Below, piece after piece: positions 23,631 through 36,113 of a DNA stretch of 64,000 bases; within the stretch, counting starts at the first letter, position 1, and every line of letters begins with the position of its first letter. Source of the DNA: Minutocellus sp. GHC0000111 (Eukaryota); contig OZ361258.1 of assembly GCA_977018835.1 (NCBI GenBank), forward strand, positions 2,480,001-2,544,000, read 5' to 3'. A program made the translations under genes and the position numbers. Under the pieces are notes generated by a model. It ran no database searches, was not told the DNA's origin, and saw nothing but the letters and a program-made list of their open reading frames with translations.

Positions 23631-25633
23631 TCATTTTGGTTTCTTGAAGGATCTTTCCTTGTTCACCTTTTTCTTGAACGATCGGTCCATGGGAGTATTT
23701 TGTCGGTACCTTCCGCCGCTTCTCTTGTTAGCATCTCTTTGAGCCTTGCCGGCTGCTTCGATTGCCTCGATGGTCATACCCTTCATCATTTTTTGTCGCT
23801 CGATTGGATCAAGGTGAACAAACGGGTCGCTATCACCATCCCATGCATCGGTTAAATCTTCTCGTAAAGTTCCGTCGGCATTGATCAAGGGTTCACCCAT
23901 CTTTAGCACCATCAGTCGAGATGAGCCCGACGGGTCGGCATAGGTCCTTTGCAGCATCACTCTGTTCTCCTCATCGGTGTATGTTTGTTGATCTCCCGGA
24001 GTGAAAGCACCGGGGAGCCCACTGGCATCTTGGTTCGATTTGCGTCCAAATGGAATGACCCGTCCTATCCGCTGCCGTATCCGGAGGGGTGATTGCTTAG
24101 ACCACACCCATGTTGCCGTAGCCAATAGGAATTTACTCTTTCTCATGGCCGTCCAGAACTCTCGCTTGGTGTAAACCAGGAGAGGTCCCTCCATCCCCCG
24201 CTCTGTCGTTGTAATGCACAAATCGCTATCAAGATAGATGACCTGGACTTTGGCCTTGCCGAGGTATTCGTCACCAATCTTTCTTCCAGCAACTGAAGCG
24301 CCTCCTCCCTTCTTCTTTTGCTTCTTGAGCGGTATGCGCAGCCCAAATGCCTTCATGTCTTTTTCCTTCAATCCAAGATCCATTGCCGTCCGACTGAGGC
24401 CGGTGACATCGTATTTTCTCTGGACACTCCACAGTCCACCCATGTACGAAGTTGTGTCGACAACGTACGGGTCCTCATCATCCTTCAGCTCCTCCAAGTA
24501 AATCTTTCGTGTCAACGAACGCAAGGGATTTTCCGACTGGCCCGATCGGATGGCCCAGGGACGAGACTCTACCGGCCCGACGGCTTCCTTGTTGGCGGTG
24601 GCTGCCGACGGCTTATTCTTTCCATTTGCATTGGCCTGTTTGCTGCCCTGCTCGGTACGGATCAAAACAAAACGGGACGGATCGACAATATCCGAGGCCT
24701 TTGTGGAGCTGAAAACAAACTCCCAGCTTCCCTCCAAAAGATTGGAGTCGGTAGTGGTAGACACTGGGTTGGCCTATTTTTTTCGTTGAAGAGATGTAAT
24801 GATGTCGGTAAGCGATATATGAACAAAATGGAACCAAGGACTTTTGCATTAGTGCCGCTGGTGTATGTTGCATTCGGCAAAAAAACAACGTAACTCACCT
24901 GCACCAATGCCGCCAACTTGTCCTCGATCAATTCGTCTCTCGTGGCCCACTCTCCCGCGTAAGTCCTTCCGTATGCCGCGGCACCCGGACCATATTTGTA
25001 GTACGACACTGGCTTGCCACCATCTCTGTCTTCATCGTAAAGCTGCCGCGCATCGGACCCCGATCCATTGGCGTACAGAGGGGACGACGATGCCGATACA
25101 GTGATCGGATTGGCATTGGCGCCGGTGGCCGCCGCCGCAGCATTCTTCTTCCCATTCGCCGTCGCCACCGCCGCAGCAGTGGGTTGGAAGTACTCCTTGC
25201 CGCCGTGGGGGGTACCCAGCAGTTCCAGCAGCTCCGACTTGTACGCCCGAACGGCCTCCTGGACAAGATTGCGCTTGAGGGAGTTGACGTCGGGGCGGAT
25301 GCCGCTCTTCCCGCCGAGGCCAGGGGGTTCCGAGACGGTGGTCAATGGTGTCGTCGTCGCCGCTGTTGCCGCCGGTAGTTTCTGCTCGCTCTTCTTGCCG
25401 CTCGAATCATCGTCGGTGGTTTTGGTCTTGTCTTTGTCTGCCGCCGCCGCCATGGACAGGACGATTGAAGCGGGGGAGCGATTGGCAATGAGAGGTGCGG
25501 TTCCGCCACGGATGAGATTGCCCGCGCCGGTGGTCGAGAAGGCCGACACGTGCTGTTTTTTGGCTGTAGCGGCCAACAGAAGAATGAAGGCCGCCGTGGG
25601 AGGCAAGCATGTGTGCCTTCTCTGTCTCCTCAT
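23631..25633 (-). CDS. Plastid lipid-associated (PAP/fibrillin-like) protein; exons 25633-24899 and 24773-23631
   Basis: Signal peptide ending VSA-F; spliced LAALVQ|ANPVSTTTDSNLLEGSWEFVFSS; VIYLDSDLCI fibrillin-type motif; GTGAGT..TAG intron. Confidence 0.75.
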
Positions 25634-25972
25634 GGTATCGGATAACAGCTCAATTGGTCCCTATACCAATATTAGGAGCAATCCTGTGGTCCGTTGCTGA
25701 GTCGCTTGGCCTGGACTTGCCGCAAAAAAATGAGGGGGAGCAATTGGGGGAGGCTGCCTGCGACGCGTCGGCATTTGCAAAAAATCTCGCACATGCCCGC
25801 CGGACGGCTAACCCGCCGGAACAGGTTAGATTCTGTGCTGTTCGGTCTCAAGTCTGTGCCGAAATCATGTTTGGGATTTTTTTGTCGGCAGATTTCCCGG
25901 CCAGTAGATGGTACTAGTACTACATCTCTGGATGGATAATCAGATTTCTTTCGGTCGGCGATAGCACATCGT

Positions 25973-28291
25973 TGCTTGCGTGCATGCAGGCTCAAGGGTC
26001 TGGTCGGGATGGTGGCGTTTGGCGGAAGAAGGCCAAGAAGACGGCGCGTCTTGCTCGGTGGAGCAATGCATTTTCTACTACTTTTTCTCTTGGCCCTCCA
26101 AATATTATTATGTGCCACCACCACCCACGCCCTAACGCAGCATGAGATCGACACACTCCTCGATGGCAACATCATCGTTGGCAATCGAGCGTCGGGGGGC
26201 AAAATACAAATATTTCCGGCCAACGTTCCGAATTGGAATCGGCACAATGTGCTGTGGGAGTACGACACCAAAGAGGGCGTCGATGGACTTACCATGGATT
26301 TCGACCACATCAACGACGTCAAGCGCGTACGGTACCACGATCGAGAGTATATCCTCATCGCTGGGAATGGTCCTGGACTTGCCCTATTTGATCTGTACGA
26401 GGAACGCTTCGTCTTCTCGTACAAGCCGCGTGTTCCAGCAGGAGAGCGATGCAGCATGAAATCCATTTCGATTCATGCAGCCGAGATGTTGCCCGATGGC
26501 AACTTTGTTGTTGCCGATCCGACGGGGGATGACCGCGGAGGGGCATCGGTACGGCTCATCTATGGCTCCAACGAAGACCCGGTAATTCTCCAGTCCTTAC
26601 CCTTCTCGGGCGCACACGGTGTTGTTTGGGATCACAAACGACAGCTCCTCTGGGCATGGGGAGGGAGCAAACTCAAAAAGTACCGCTACATTAGCGCCGG
26701 GAAGGACTCTTACCTCGAACAGCATGGGATTGCCTATAAGAGTCCTGATTGGACCTCCATCGGCCATGATATGATGCCATTAGGGCCAGATGCGCTCATA
26801 TTCAACTGTGCTGAGGGCTTGGGTGTATTCTACATTGAACACCAAACAGTCGCGAAACGCCAACAATTCGAATTGCTCTATGGGACTATCGATATGGCAA
26901 CCCATTTTGCATTGGATACCAAGCTTCTGAGGGGCAAAGGTGTCGATTTCAACTATAAGACGGGACAGATCATTCAAAACTTACACGAGAGCAACACCGT
27001 TCGAAGTCCAAATGTTCTGCAGGAGGACCGGTCGGTGATGGAATGGTCGTACGAACCCGAGGATGACATGAAGATGTACAAAGCCCGTTGGTTCATCCAC
27101 AATGAGTTCAGCTACGGAAAGCTGAACTCAAATGCCATCAAGTATTTTTTACACTACCAGACAATTAATCGACATGGCGAATCAACAAATAGACGGCCAC
27201 AGTTTCTCGACGAATTCCGAAGAAATGCGATCGTAACAGTGGGAGAATCCTACAAGCGCAACATCCGTAAGCAGTCCACTGATCCCGACGATGATGAATG
27301 GAAACCAATATATGAGAAGATATGTGGCCCGTCTTGGCTCTCCATCAACCGTGCTGGTATGATCGAAGGCACACCAGATGAAAAGGATGTTGACGATGAT
27401 TATCGAACGATGGTAATACGTGTAAGTGATAGGAATGGCCTATCGGATACAGCCGAGTTCAACTTCAAAGTGAAAGAGCCAGAAACCCCCAAGCCAACAC
27501 CAGAACCAATAACGAAGAGAAGCCCAACGCGCGCGCCTTCGGCACAAAGGCCTACAAACCATCCCACGACCCATCTCTTTTCCATACGATCATATAATTT
27601 CAAAGAGTTGATCTACTTCAGTCCAGAGCTGGTTGGGCCTGGATGGAAGGCAGAGGGTATGGGGCCATTTGGACGTTGTGCAGGAGTGAGTTATTCATAA
27701 TGTGTGTGGTCTTCATTCTATTGAAACAAAAGGGCTTTTGTTCTCTATGACTCACTAAATCTCACCTCATCACCTCAATATTTTACCCAGGATTGTGACC
27801 GAGACGAGGATTGTCGCGATAACTTGCGATGCTGGCAGAGATCTGGACTTGATAACAATGTTCCAGGTTGTGCAGGACGAGCCGTTGAGCACGTTGACTA
27901 CTGCTATGATCCCCAGATGGCCATGAATGAAAATATTGCAACGATTCTGGCAAGTTCGCTAAATGCTGCTCCATCGAAGAGACCGACTACTACTCCATCG
28001 AAGAGACCGACGACACAAGTTCCAACGAAGGCACCAACCGAAACCAACGGAGATGAGGTTTGGAATGCTTTCATGGACATGGTCAATACATATGCCAATA
28101 CAAAGAAGAATAGACTGGGCGAGGACACCCCAGAGCCAAGTCCTGAGCCAACAAGTGCTACCGGCGCTGATGCGAATGCCTCATCACAGCCTACAACCGC
28201 GTTCCATGCAGCTTGGAAGGGAGGGATGGAAAGGTGGAAGAAATCGATACAGGAAGATGTTGCCAATATTCCCACCGGTGGTGCATGATTT
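25973..28291 (+). repeat. Left arm of a ~2.3 kb inverted duplication (partner 31348-33780)
   Basis: Exonic sequence is nearly the exact reverse complement of 31348-33780. Confidence 0.95.
26066..28288 (+). CDS. Secreted modular protein: beta-propeller (DUF6528-like) + Ig/cadherin-like + PT-rich stalk + Cys-rich diatom module; intron 27686-27790
   Basis: Signal peptide; IHAAEMLPDG, AHGVVWDHKRQLLWAWG, GHDM, MYKARW; PSWLSINRAGMIEGTP..IRVSDRNGLSDT; GRCAG|DCDRDEDC..C.QR..VPGC. Confidence 0.7.
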
Positions 28292-28466
28292 AAAGTGAAC
28301 ACTTTAGACTATTTTAGGCGTCAAAATATAGATAAATATCGAAGTCGTGTAGAGATGTTCTTATGCATAGATTTAATTTTACATCGATATGGGGCATTTT
28401 AAGCTGCTCGCCAGCCGGCCGTTTATTTTTGGTTGTCTCCCAAACATTCGCTTTTTTATCATTTGC

Positions 28467-29505
28467 TTAGAATCTTCCCCTTCCACCTCGACCGCCACGG
28501 CCAAAGCCACCGCGTCCGCCGCCACGCCCTCCGCCACGGCCAAAACCTGACGGCATAACGCAAAATTGTTTCAAAAGGGGGAACAAGAAAAAGGAAGTGG
28601 TTGAGCATGTGACATACTGACTTGATATGTGATTGGGAATCGTAGATAATAGCATTGTTCGACTTACCACCGCGGCCACCACCACGACCCATAGGGCTTC
28701 TTCCACCCCTTCCGCCGCCACGACCGCCTCTGCCACCGCCTCTGCCTCCAGCGCGGCCCCCGCCACGGCCACCTCCACCGCCACCGCCAGGATTCGTAAA
28801 CCGACTCATGGGCAGCAGCTTGTCCGTGGCAACGTAGAACACATCGTCCTTCTCAAAGCTCTTGGCGACAATGCCCGGATCGGGCTTGACAGAAAACATA
28901 ACGTTCTGAATGGGCCCAAAAATCTCGTCGACCTTGCCGATCTTCTTCTTGTTCTCCAGGTAGATGCCGGCGTTGAAGTACGGGATCTTGGTCTCGCTGT
29001 GCGTTAGCTTGCAGATCATTTCGGACTCGCACTCATGCATCATTTTGCCGACCTCTGTTCGTTTGGTGTGTGTGGTTATATTTCCGGATGCATGCATACG
29101 CCGCCGCAATTCAGCAAGGGAGCCATGGTGAGGAGGGAAGGGGGGGGTTGGGTGAGATGGATCATAACGATTTGGTGGTGTCACTCTCTGTTGTTCTTTG
29201 CATGTGTCACCGCGCCAACCAAAAGCGCCAACACAGAACGGCCACAATTAAACATGAATGTACCTCATAACCAGCCAGTCAGTGACAAAACTGAGGTCAA
29301 TTCAGACCAGACCGATGATGAAACCAGGACATTTACACATGTGTTGTCACGTACCAACAAACTCGTCGGGTGGGCCCTCCTCGCCCCGGCCCCGGCCCCG
29401 GCCTCCTCTTCCACCGCGGCCACCTCTGCCGGGTGATCTGCCTCCGAAGCCACCTCTGCCGGGCGATCTGCCCCCAAAGCCTCTTCCGCGCCCACCGAAG
29501 CTCAT
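28467..29505 (-). CDS. GAR1: H/ACA snoRNP subunit GAR1; exons 29505-29355, 29054-28668, 28546-28467
   Basis: RGG repeats at both ends; core GPPDEFV|EVGKMMHECE..KIPYFNAGIYLENKKKIGKVDEIFGP..KLLPMSRF. Confidence 0.95.
29186..29325 (-). ncRNA. Possible H/ACA-like snoRNA in GAR1 intron 1
   Basis: Two tandem imperfect hairpins on the sense strand, each followed by ACA (29261-29259, 29191-29189), ~140 nt total; hinge is not a perfect ANANNA. Confidence 0.3.
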
Positions 29506-29875
29506 TTCTGCTGTATTTGTTGGTACTTTTTGTGGAGTATAGGGTGCCGTAGCAGGCGTTAATTCCAGGCTACCGCTGATACCGCTCTGATAAAACCGGC
29601 TGAAGAAAATGGATGAAGGCGGGAGCTCTGGTTGACTGACAGACAAGACAATATTTTGGGAGTGGGAAGCTGCGCAGCCATCAGGCAGCAGCAGCACACG
29701 CCATCACATCTTTCAGAACTTCACGGCAGATACGCCGTGCTGTCATTGGAGTCATTGGAGCCCAGCTACTACTGCGTTCTGCCCCTTACATCCAATCATA
29801 CATATACAAAAGTTTCCATCTTTTACTCATTGCGCCGCGTCGCTCATCTGACCTACCTACTTTTACTGGACGAAA

Positions 29876-30805
29876 ATGATACACTCAAATTTACCACCAA
29901 TTCTCATTGGACTTCTCCTGCTGACATCTTTTGCGTCAGCATTTACAATTCCATCATTGCCCTTCCTATCGGCCGTCAATGCCCCGTCCAATCCACTTTT
30001 AATCGAATATGCTGAGTCAACGTCGACCAATCGGCTCAATCTGCGCCTGGACATTGGAAAATATGACTCTGCCATTCGCCTTCCCATCGATGGTCTGTGT
30101 GTGGCGCTTGACACATCCGAACGACCTGAAAGAGGGGAGGATGGTGAGGCCCCCCATCCCGTCCCACTCCCCGGAGCCGATGGTCCCAATCCAGGACTGT
30201 CCTCAGGACCTATGAAACTTGACGTACAAGAGTCGGGCACCTACGTGACGATGGATGGCAGCCAAAGCGTTCCCCTGACTGACGCAGCCTGGGAGATCGT
30301 TTGGCGCTACGGCAATCCAGCTGGTTCCATCATCCTAGCCTTTCGCGTGAGTCACGACATCAAGCGCAACGAAGCGACGCTGCCCGGCGGTAGGATGTAC
30401 GTTAGCTACCCACTTTGGACCACCGAGGGCATCTCCGAGGCAAGAAAGTACGTCGCTGATATCCATCAAAAGGCTGAGCAATACAAGACAGAGCGTGACG
30501 ATGCCATCAACCGAGCCAAGGATACTGCCAACCCATTGATGAAGGCGCTGCATTACCGCGAGGCCTTTGCCGCTCAGGAGCGCTTAGATTTTAGTGGCAT
30601 TCGAACCGTCGAGCAGCAGCACGTGCCAGATGACTCGGATTTAATTGCTATTGGTATCGGCGATGACAAAGGTCAGCTTCTGCTATGCAGACAAGGAACG
30701 GTCTGGACGAAGGATGGAAACTTCTTTGGAGGTGAACATGAGCTCCTTGGTAGCTCGACTGTTCGCTCCGTCTCTTCTACTGTATCTGGAGAGCTCAAGC
30801 CGTGA
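29876..30805 (+). CDS. Hypothetical protein with signal peptide and ASAF motif (probably plastid)
   Basis: Hydrophobic N-terminus ending FASA-F; 309-aa intronless ORF with globular composition. Confidence 0.65.
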   Translation: MIHSNLPPILIGLLLLTSFASAFTIPSLPFLSAVNAPSNPLLIEYAESTSTNRLNLRLDIGKYDSAIRLPIDGLCVALDTSERPERGEDGEAPHPVPLPGADGPNPGLSSGPMKLDVQESGTYVTMDGSQSVPLTDAAWEIVWRYGNPAGSIILAFRVSHDIKRNEATLPGGRMYVSYPLWTTEGISEARKYVADIHQKAEQYKTERDDAINRAKDTANPLMKALHYREAFAAQERLDFSGIRTVEQQHVPDDSDLIAIGIGDDKGQLLLCRQGTVWTKDGNFFGGEHELLGSSTVRSVSSTVSGELKP

Positions 30806-31351
30806 TTAGATCACTACGTAGCGAGAAGAAGAAAAGCTTGTCTCCCCTCGAGCTTTGAATTTTTATGGAATATATTTTGTATTTATTTTTCACGACAATG
30901 GGAAAAGCGGACAAAGACAACGACCACCACTACTAGAGAGCACCCAATGTAACGATCACGATGAATCAATGTCCTGAAAATATACTATTTGTAGCAACCA
31001 AAAGACACGCACACAGAGAAATCAGATGAAGAAGAATCGGTTGCTGGCGGCATTGCATAGGGGCCTAAAATGACAGGGATAATTCTACAGGCAGGAAATG
31101 CAACCAGCAACGAAGCGTATTTATGCACGTGTGTATATATATATGGTATACCACTCATATTGGCATGTATTGGCAATATAGAATTGTAACGATAGAGCAC
31201 AGTGTACTGTAAGAGTTATGGCGCATAATTGAGTTTTGTGTTTTAGTCCTATAATACATTTCTACACGTGCAAAAGATTTTCTCTAGAGATTTGGATATC
31301 TATCTGATCTATTTTTACAAAAAAAAATGAAAATGTCTAGGAATTCCTAAA

Positions 31352-33683
<2,332 letters not shown>

Positions 33684-34067
33684 TTGCTCCACCGAGCAAG
33701 ACGCGCTGTCTTCTTGCCCTTCTTGCTCCGCCAAACGCCACCATCCCGACCAGACCCTTGAGCCTGCATGCACGCAAGCAAGTATCTCTTAGATAGTTTA
33801 GCAGACGAGAGGGGGCAAACAATGAAAGGTTGGGTAGATCTACCTCGAACGATTCCTTCGCCAAATCAATCCCATGTCGCAAACAAACAGTGCCCATGTC
33901 GCCGTTCATGGCACAGATTTTTTTAGAAAAGTACGATAAACCAGGTGATGGATAAACCAGATCCTGAATTGGGGCAGCGCGTCTGACCGCCGACCTGCCA
34001 CCACCACTGCACGCTGATATGATGATGCACTGGTGCCGATGCCGAGGGCCGAACAATTGGATCCGAG

Positions 34068-34721
34068 ATGCCCACCAAGCGACGCTCTTCTCCGTCCTCT
34101 CTCGCACCGGTATTCACCGTTCTCAATGCAGTGGCTTTTGCGGGTTGGCTTTTTGTTCTCTACAGAACTATTTTGCTGATCCATCCAACGTTCCCATCAA
34201 TACCGGAGACTCTCGTTGATGAAGTCCAACATCAAATCTTGTTCCTCGAGGCAATATGTGTTGTCGAAGTGATTCGCATTGCCATCGGAGATTTGCCCGG
34301 CAATCTTGTCCTAGGAGCCGTGCTCCATGCAATTCGTCTAACAGCTACGACCCAAGTGATGCCGAACCCGGTGCTTGCATCACATTGGACAGCTCCGGCA
34401 ATCCTTCTATCCTGGGCCGTGACGGAGGTCTCGCGTTATCCCATGTACATCTTCCCAGATTCTAGCGTATGTCGAAATGTTAGGATGGTTGTGCCGTTGT
34501 TTACATTCCCGGTTGGATGCATCGCAGAAGGTACAGGAGCGTATATTGTTCTTATGCGAGGGGAGGCGACTGAGTTGTGGCTCAAGGTCATTTTGATTGC
34601 CGTGCTCTTCGTCAATGGAGTGCTCGGTCCAACGATGGCTTATCCTGCACTACTGAAGAAGGGATTGCCTGTTTTGGGGGTTGGAAAGCAGAAGATGGAC
34701 AGTTCCAAGAAGAAGGAGTAA
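34068..34721 (+). CDS. 3-hydroxyacyl-CoA dehydratase (PTPLA/PHS1/HACD family)
   Basis: Multi-TM; LLSWAVTEVSRYPMY and FTFPVGCIAEG motifs; C-terminal dilysine KKKE. Confidence 0.75.
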   Translation: MPTKRRSSPSSLAPVFTVLNAVAFAGWLFVLYRTILLIHPTFPSIPETLVDEVQHQILFLEAICVVEVIRIAIGDLPGNLVLGAVLHAIRLTATTQVMPNPVLASHWTAPAILLSWAVTEVSRYPMYIFPDSSVCRNVRMVVPLFTFPVGCIAEGTGAYIVLMRGEATELWLKVILIAVLFVNGVLGPTMAYPALLKKGLPVLGVGKQKMDSSKKKE

Positions 34722-34786
34722 AAATATGTAGAGATCTGGGCTATCTTCATTATGCATATGTGCTCGTTATTATGACGTATTTACTG

Positions 34787-35095
34787 TTAGCTAGCATAGC
34801 CGGCATCTGTTTCCAAACCAGTGAAGAGTTCCTTGTACGTAGCACCTCTCCGTTCCTTACCCGACACAAATGCCTCTCCATCAGTCTTCTTCTTGGCGAT
34901 ATTGCTGAGACCGACCGTTGCGAGGGGTGCACCAGTATCAGCATCGTAGCATTCGAACGTGGTGCCGCCGGTGAGTTGAGGGTACTTGATGCTTTCAACG
35001 CAAAGTGCTGCTACATCCGCTCGCAAAATGCGCCCTGATTTCGTATCACCTTGATTCAATTCAATTGCATCGACCCCCCCATGCATCTTCATCAT
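34787..35095 (-). pseudogene. C-terminal fragment of an atypical SDR/NAD(P)-binding protein
   Basis: IELNQGDTKSGRILRADVAALCVE..TTFECY matches the family C-terminus; the Rossmann N-terminus is missing and NAA30 starts 160 nt away. Confidence 0.6.
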
Positions 35096-35254
35096 CTTGA
35101 AATTAAATCTTCATCGCCTGAAAGACTTGCCGAGACTGATGACGCGATGAGAGCGCGACAATGCGAATGCGAAAGTTCGAAAGTGCGAAAGCTGAGAGAA
35201 CGCCCGCGCCACCCACGCAGTCAGTCAGCAGTCAATGCAACCCACCAGGCAACC

Positions 35255-35926
35255 ATGTCGGCTGAGGTAGTAGCAACCGCCGATATCGACAGCGGAAGTA
35301 GTTCCGCCGCCGAGATTCTATCCAAACTCAAACTTTCTGATAATGGCGACAAAAACAACACCAATACTCGTAACGAAGACATATCAATTCCTGGTATAAA
35401 ATTTACGAACTACGAGGACGAACGACAGCTCGAGGCGGTGATGAGACTCGTGAGCAAGGACCTGTCCGAGCCATATTCCATCTTTACATACCGGTACTTC
35501 CTCATGAGGTTTCCGGAGCTGTGCATCCTGGCAGTTCCCGAGGAGGGTGGTGAGCCGGTGGGGTGCGTGGTGTGTAAAATTGATACCAGCGATGGAGATG
35601 GCGTCACCGACGTTCCGCAGCAGCCCGTGGTTGGTGCGGGAGAGGACGGTGAAGACAACCAGGAACCGGCCCTGTCGGGATACATGGGGATGCTGGCCGT
35701 GGAGACCGATCGACGTGGATCGGGCATCGGCACGGCGCTGGCCACGTTGGCCATCCGTCGGATGAGGGATATGGGCTGTTCGTCGGTAACGTTGGAGACG
35801 GAGGTGACCAACGATGCGGCTATCCGATTGTATGAGGATCGGCTGGGATTTGTTCGAGAGGAGCTTCTCGTCAGATACTACCTGAATTGGGGCGACGCCT
35901 ACCGATTGCGTCTTTGGTTTGAATAA
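35255..35926 (+). CDS. NAA30: N-alpha-acetyltransferase 30 (NatC catalytic subunit)
   Basis: LVSKDLSEPYSIFTYRYF, GYMGMLAV, GSGIG, LETEVTNDAAIRLY, RYYLNWGDAYRLRLW. Confidence 0.95.
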   Translation: MSAEVVATADIDSGSSSAAEILSKLKLSDNGDKNNTNTRNEDISIPGIKFTNYEDERQLEAVMRLVSKDLSEPYSIFTYRYFLMRFPELCILAVPEEGGEPVGCVVCKIDTSDGDGVTDVPQQPVVGAGEDGEDNQEPALSGYMGMLAVETDRRGSGIGTALATLAIRRMRDMGCSSVTLETEVTNDAAIRLYEDRLGFVREELLVRYYLNWGDAYRLRLWFE

Positions 35927-36113
35927 TCATTAATCATGAGGCCAGAGCGGTAAAATATAGTCTCTCCATAAATTTTGCTGCTAGCTAGGACTTCTGCGTA
36001 ATTAGGAATTCGTACAAGTCAATGCTGTACTTCCGGCCATCGGTGACGACTCTAATATCATAATCAGTTCATTACTTATTTATCAAAACTTGGTATCAAT
36101 CGCAGATAAATGT

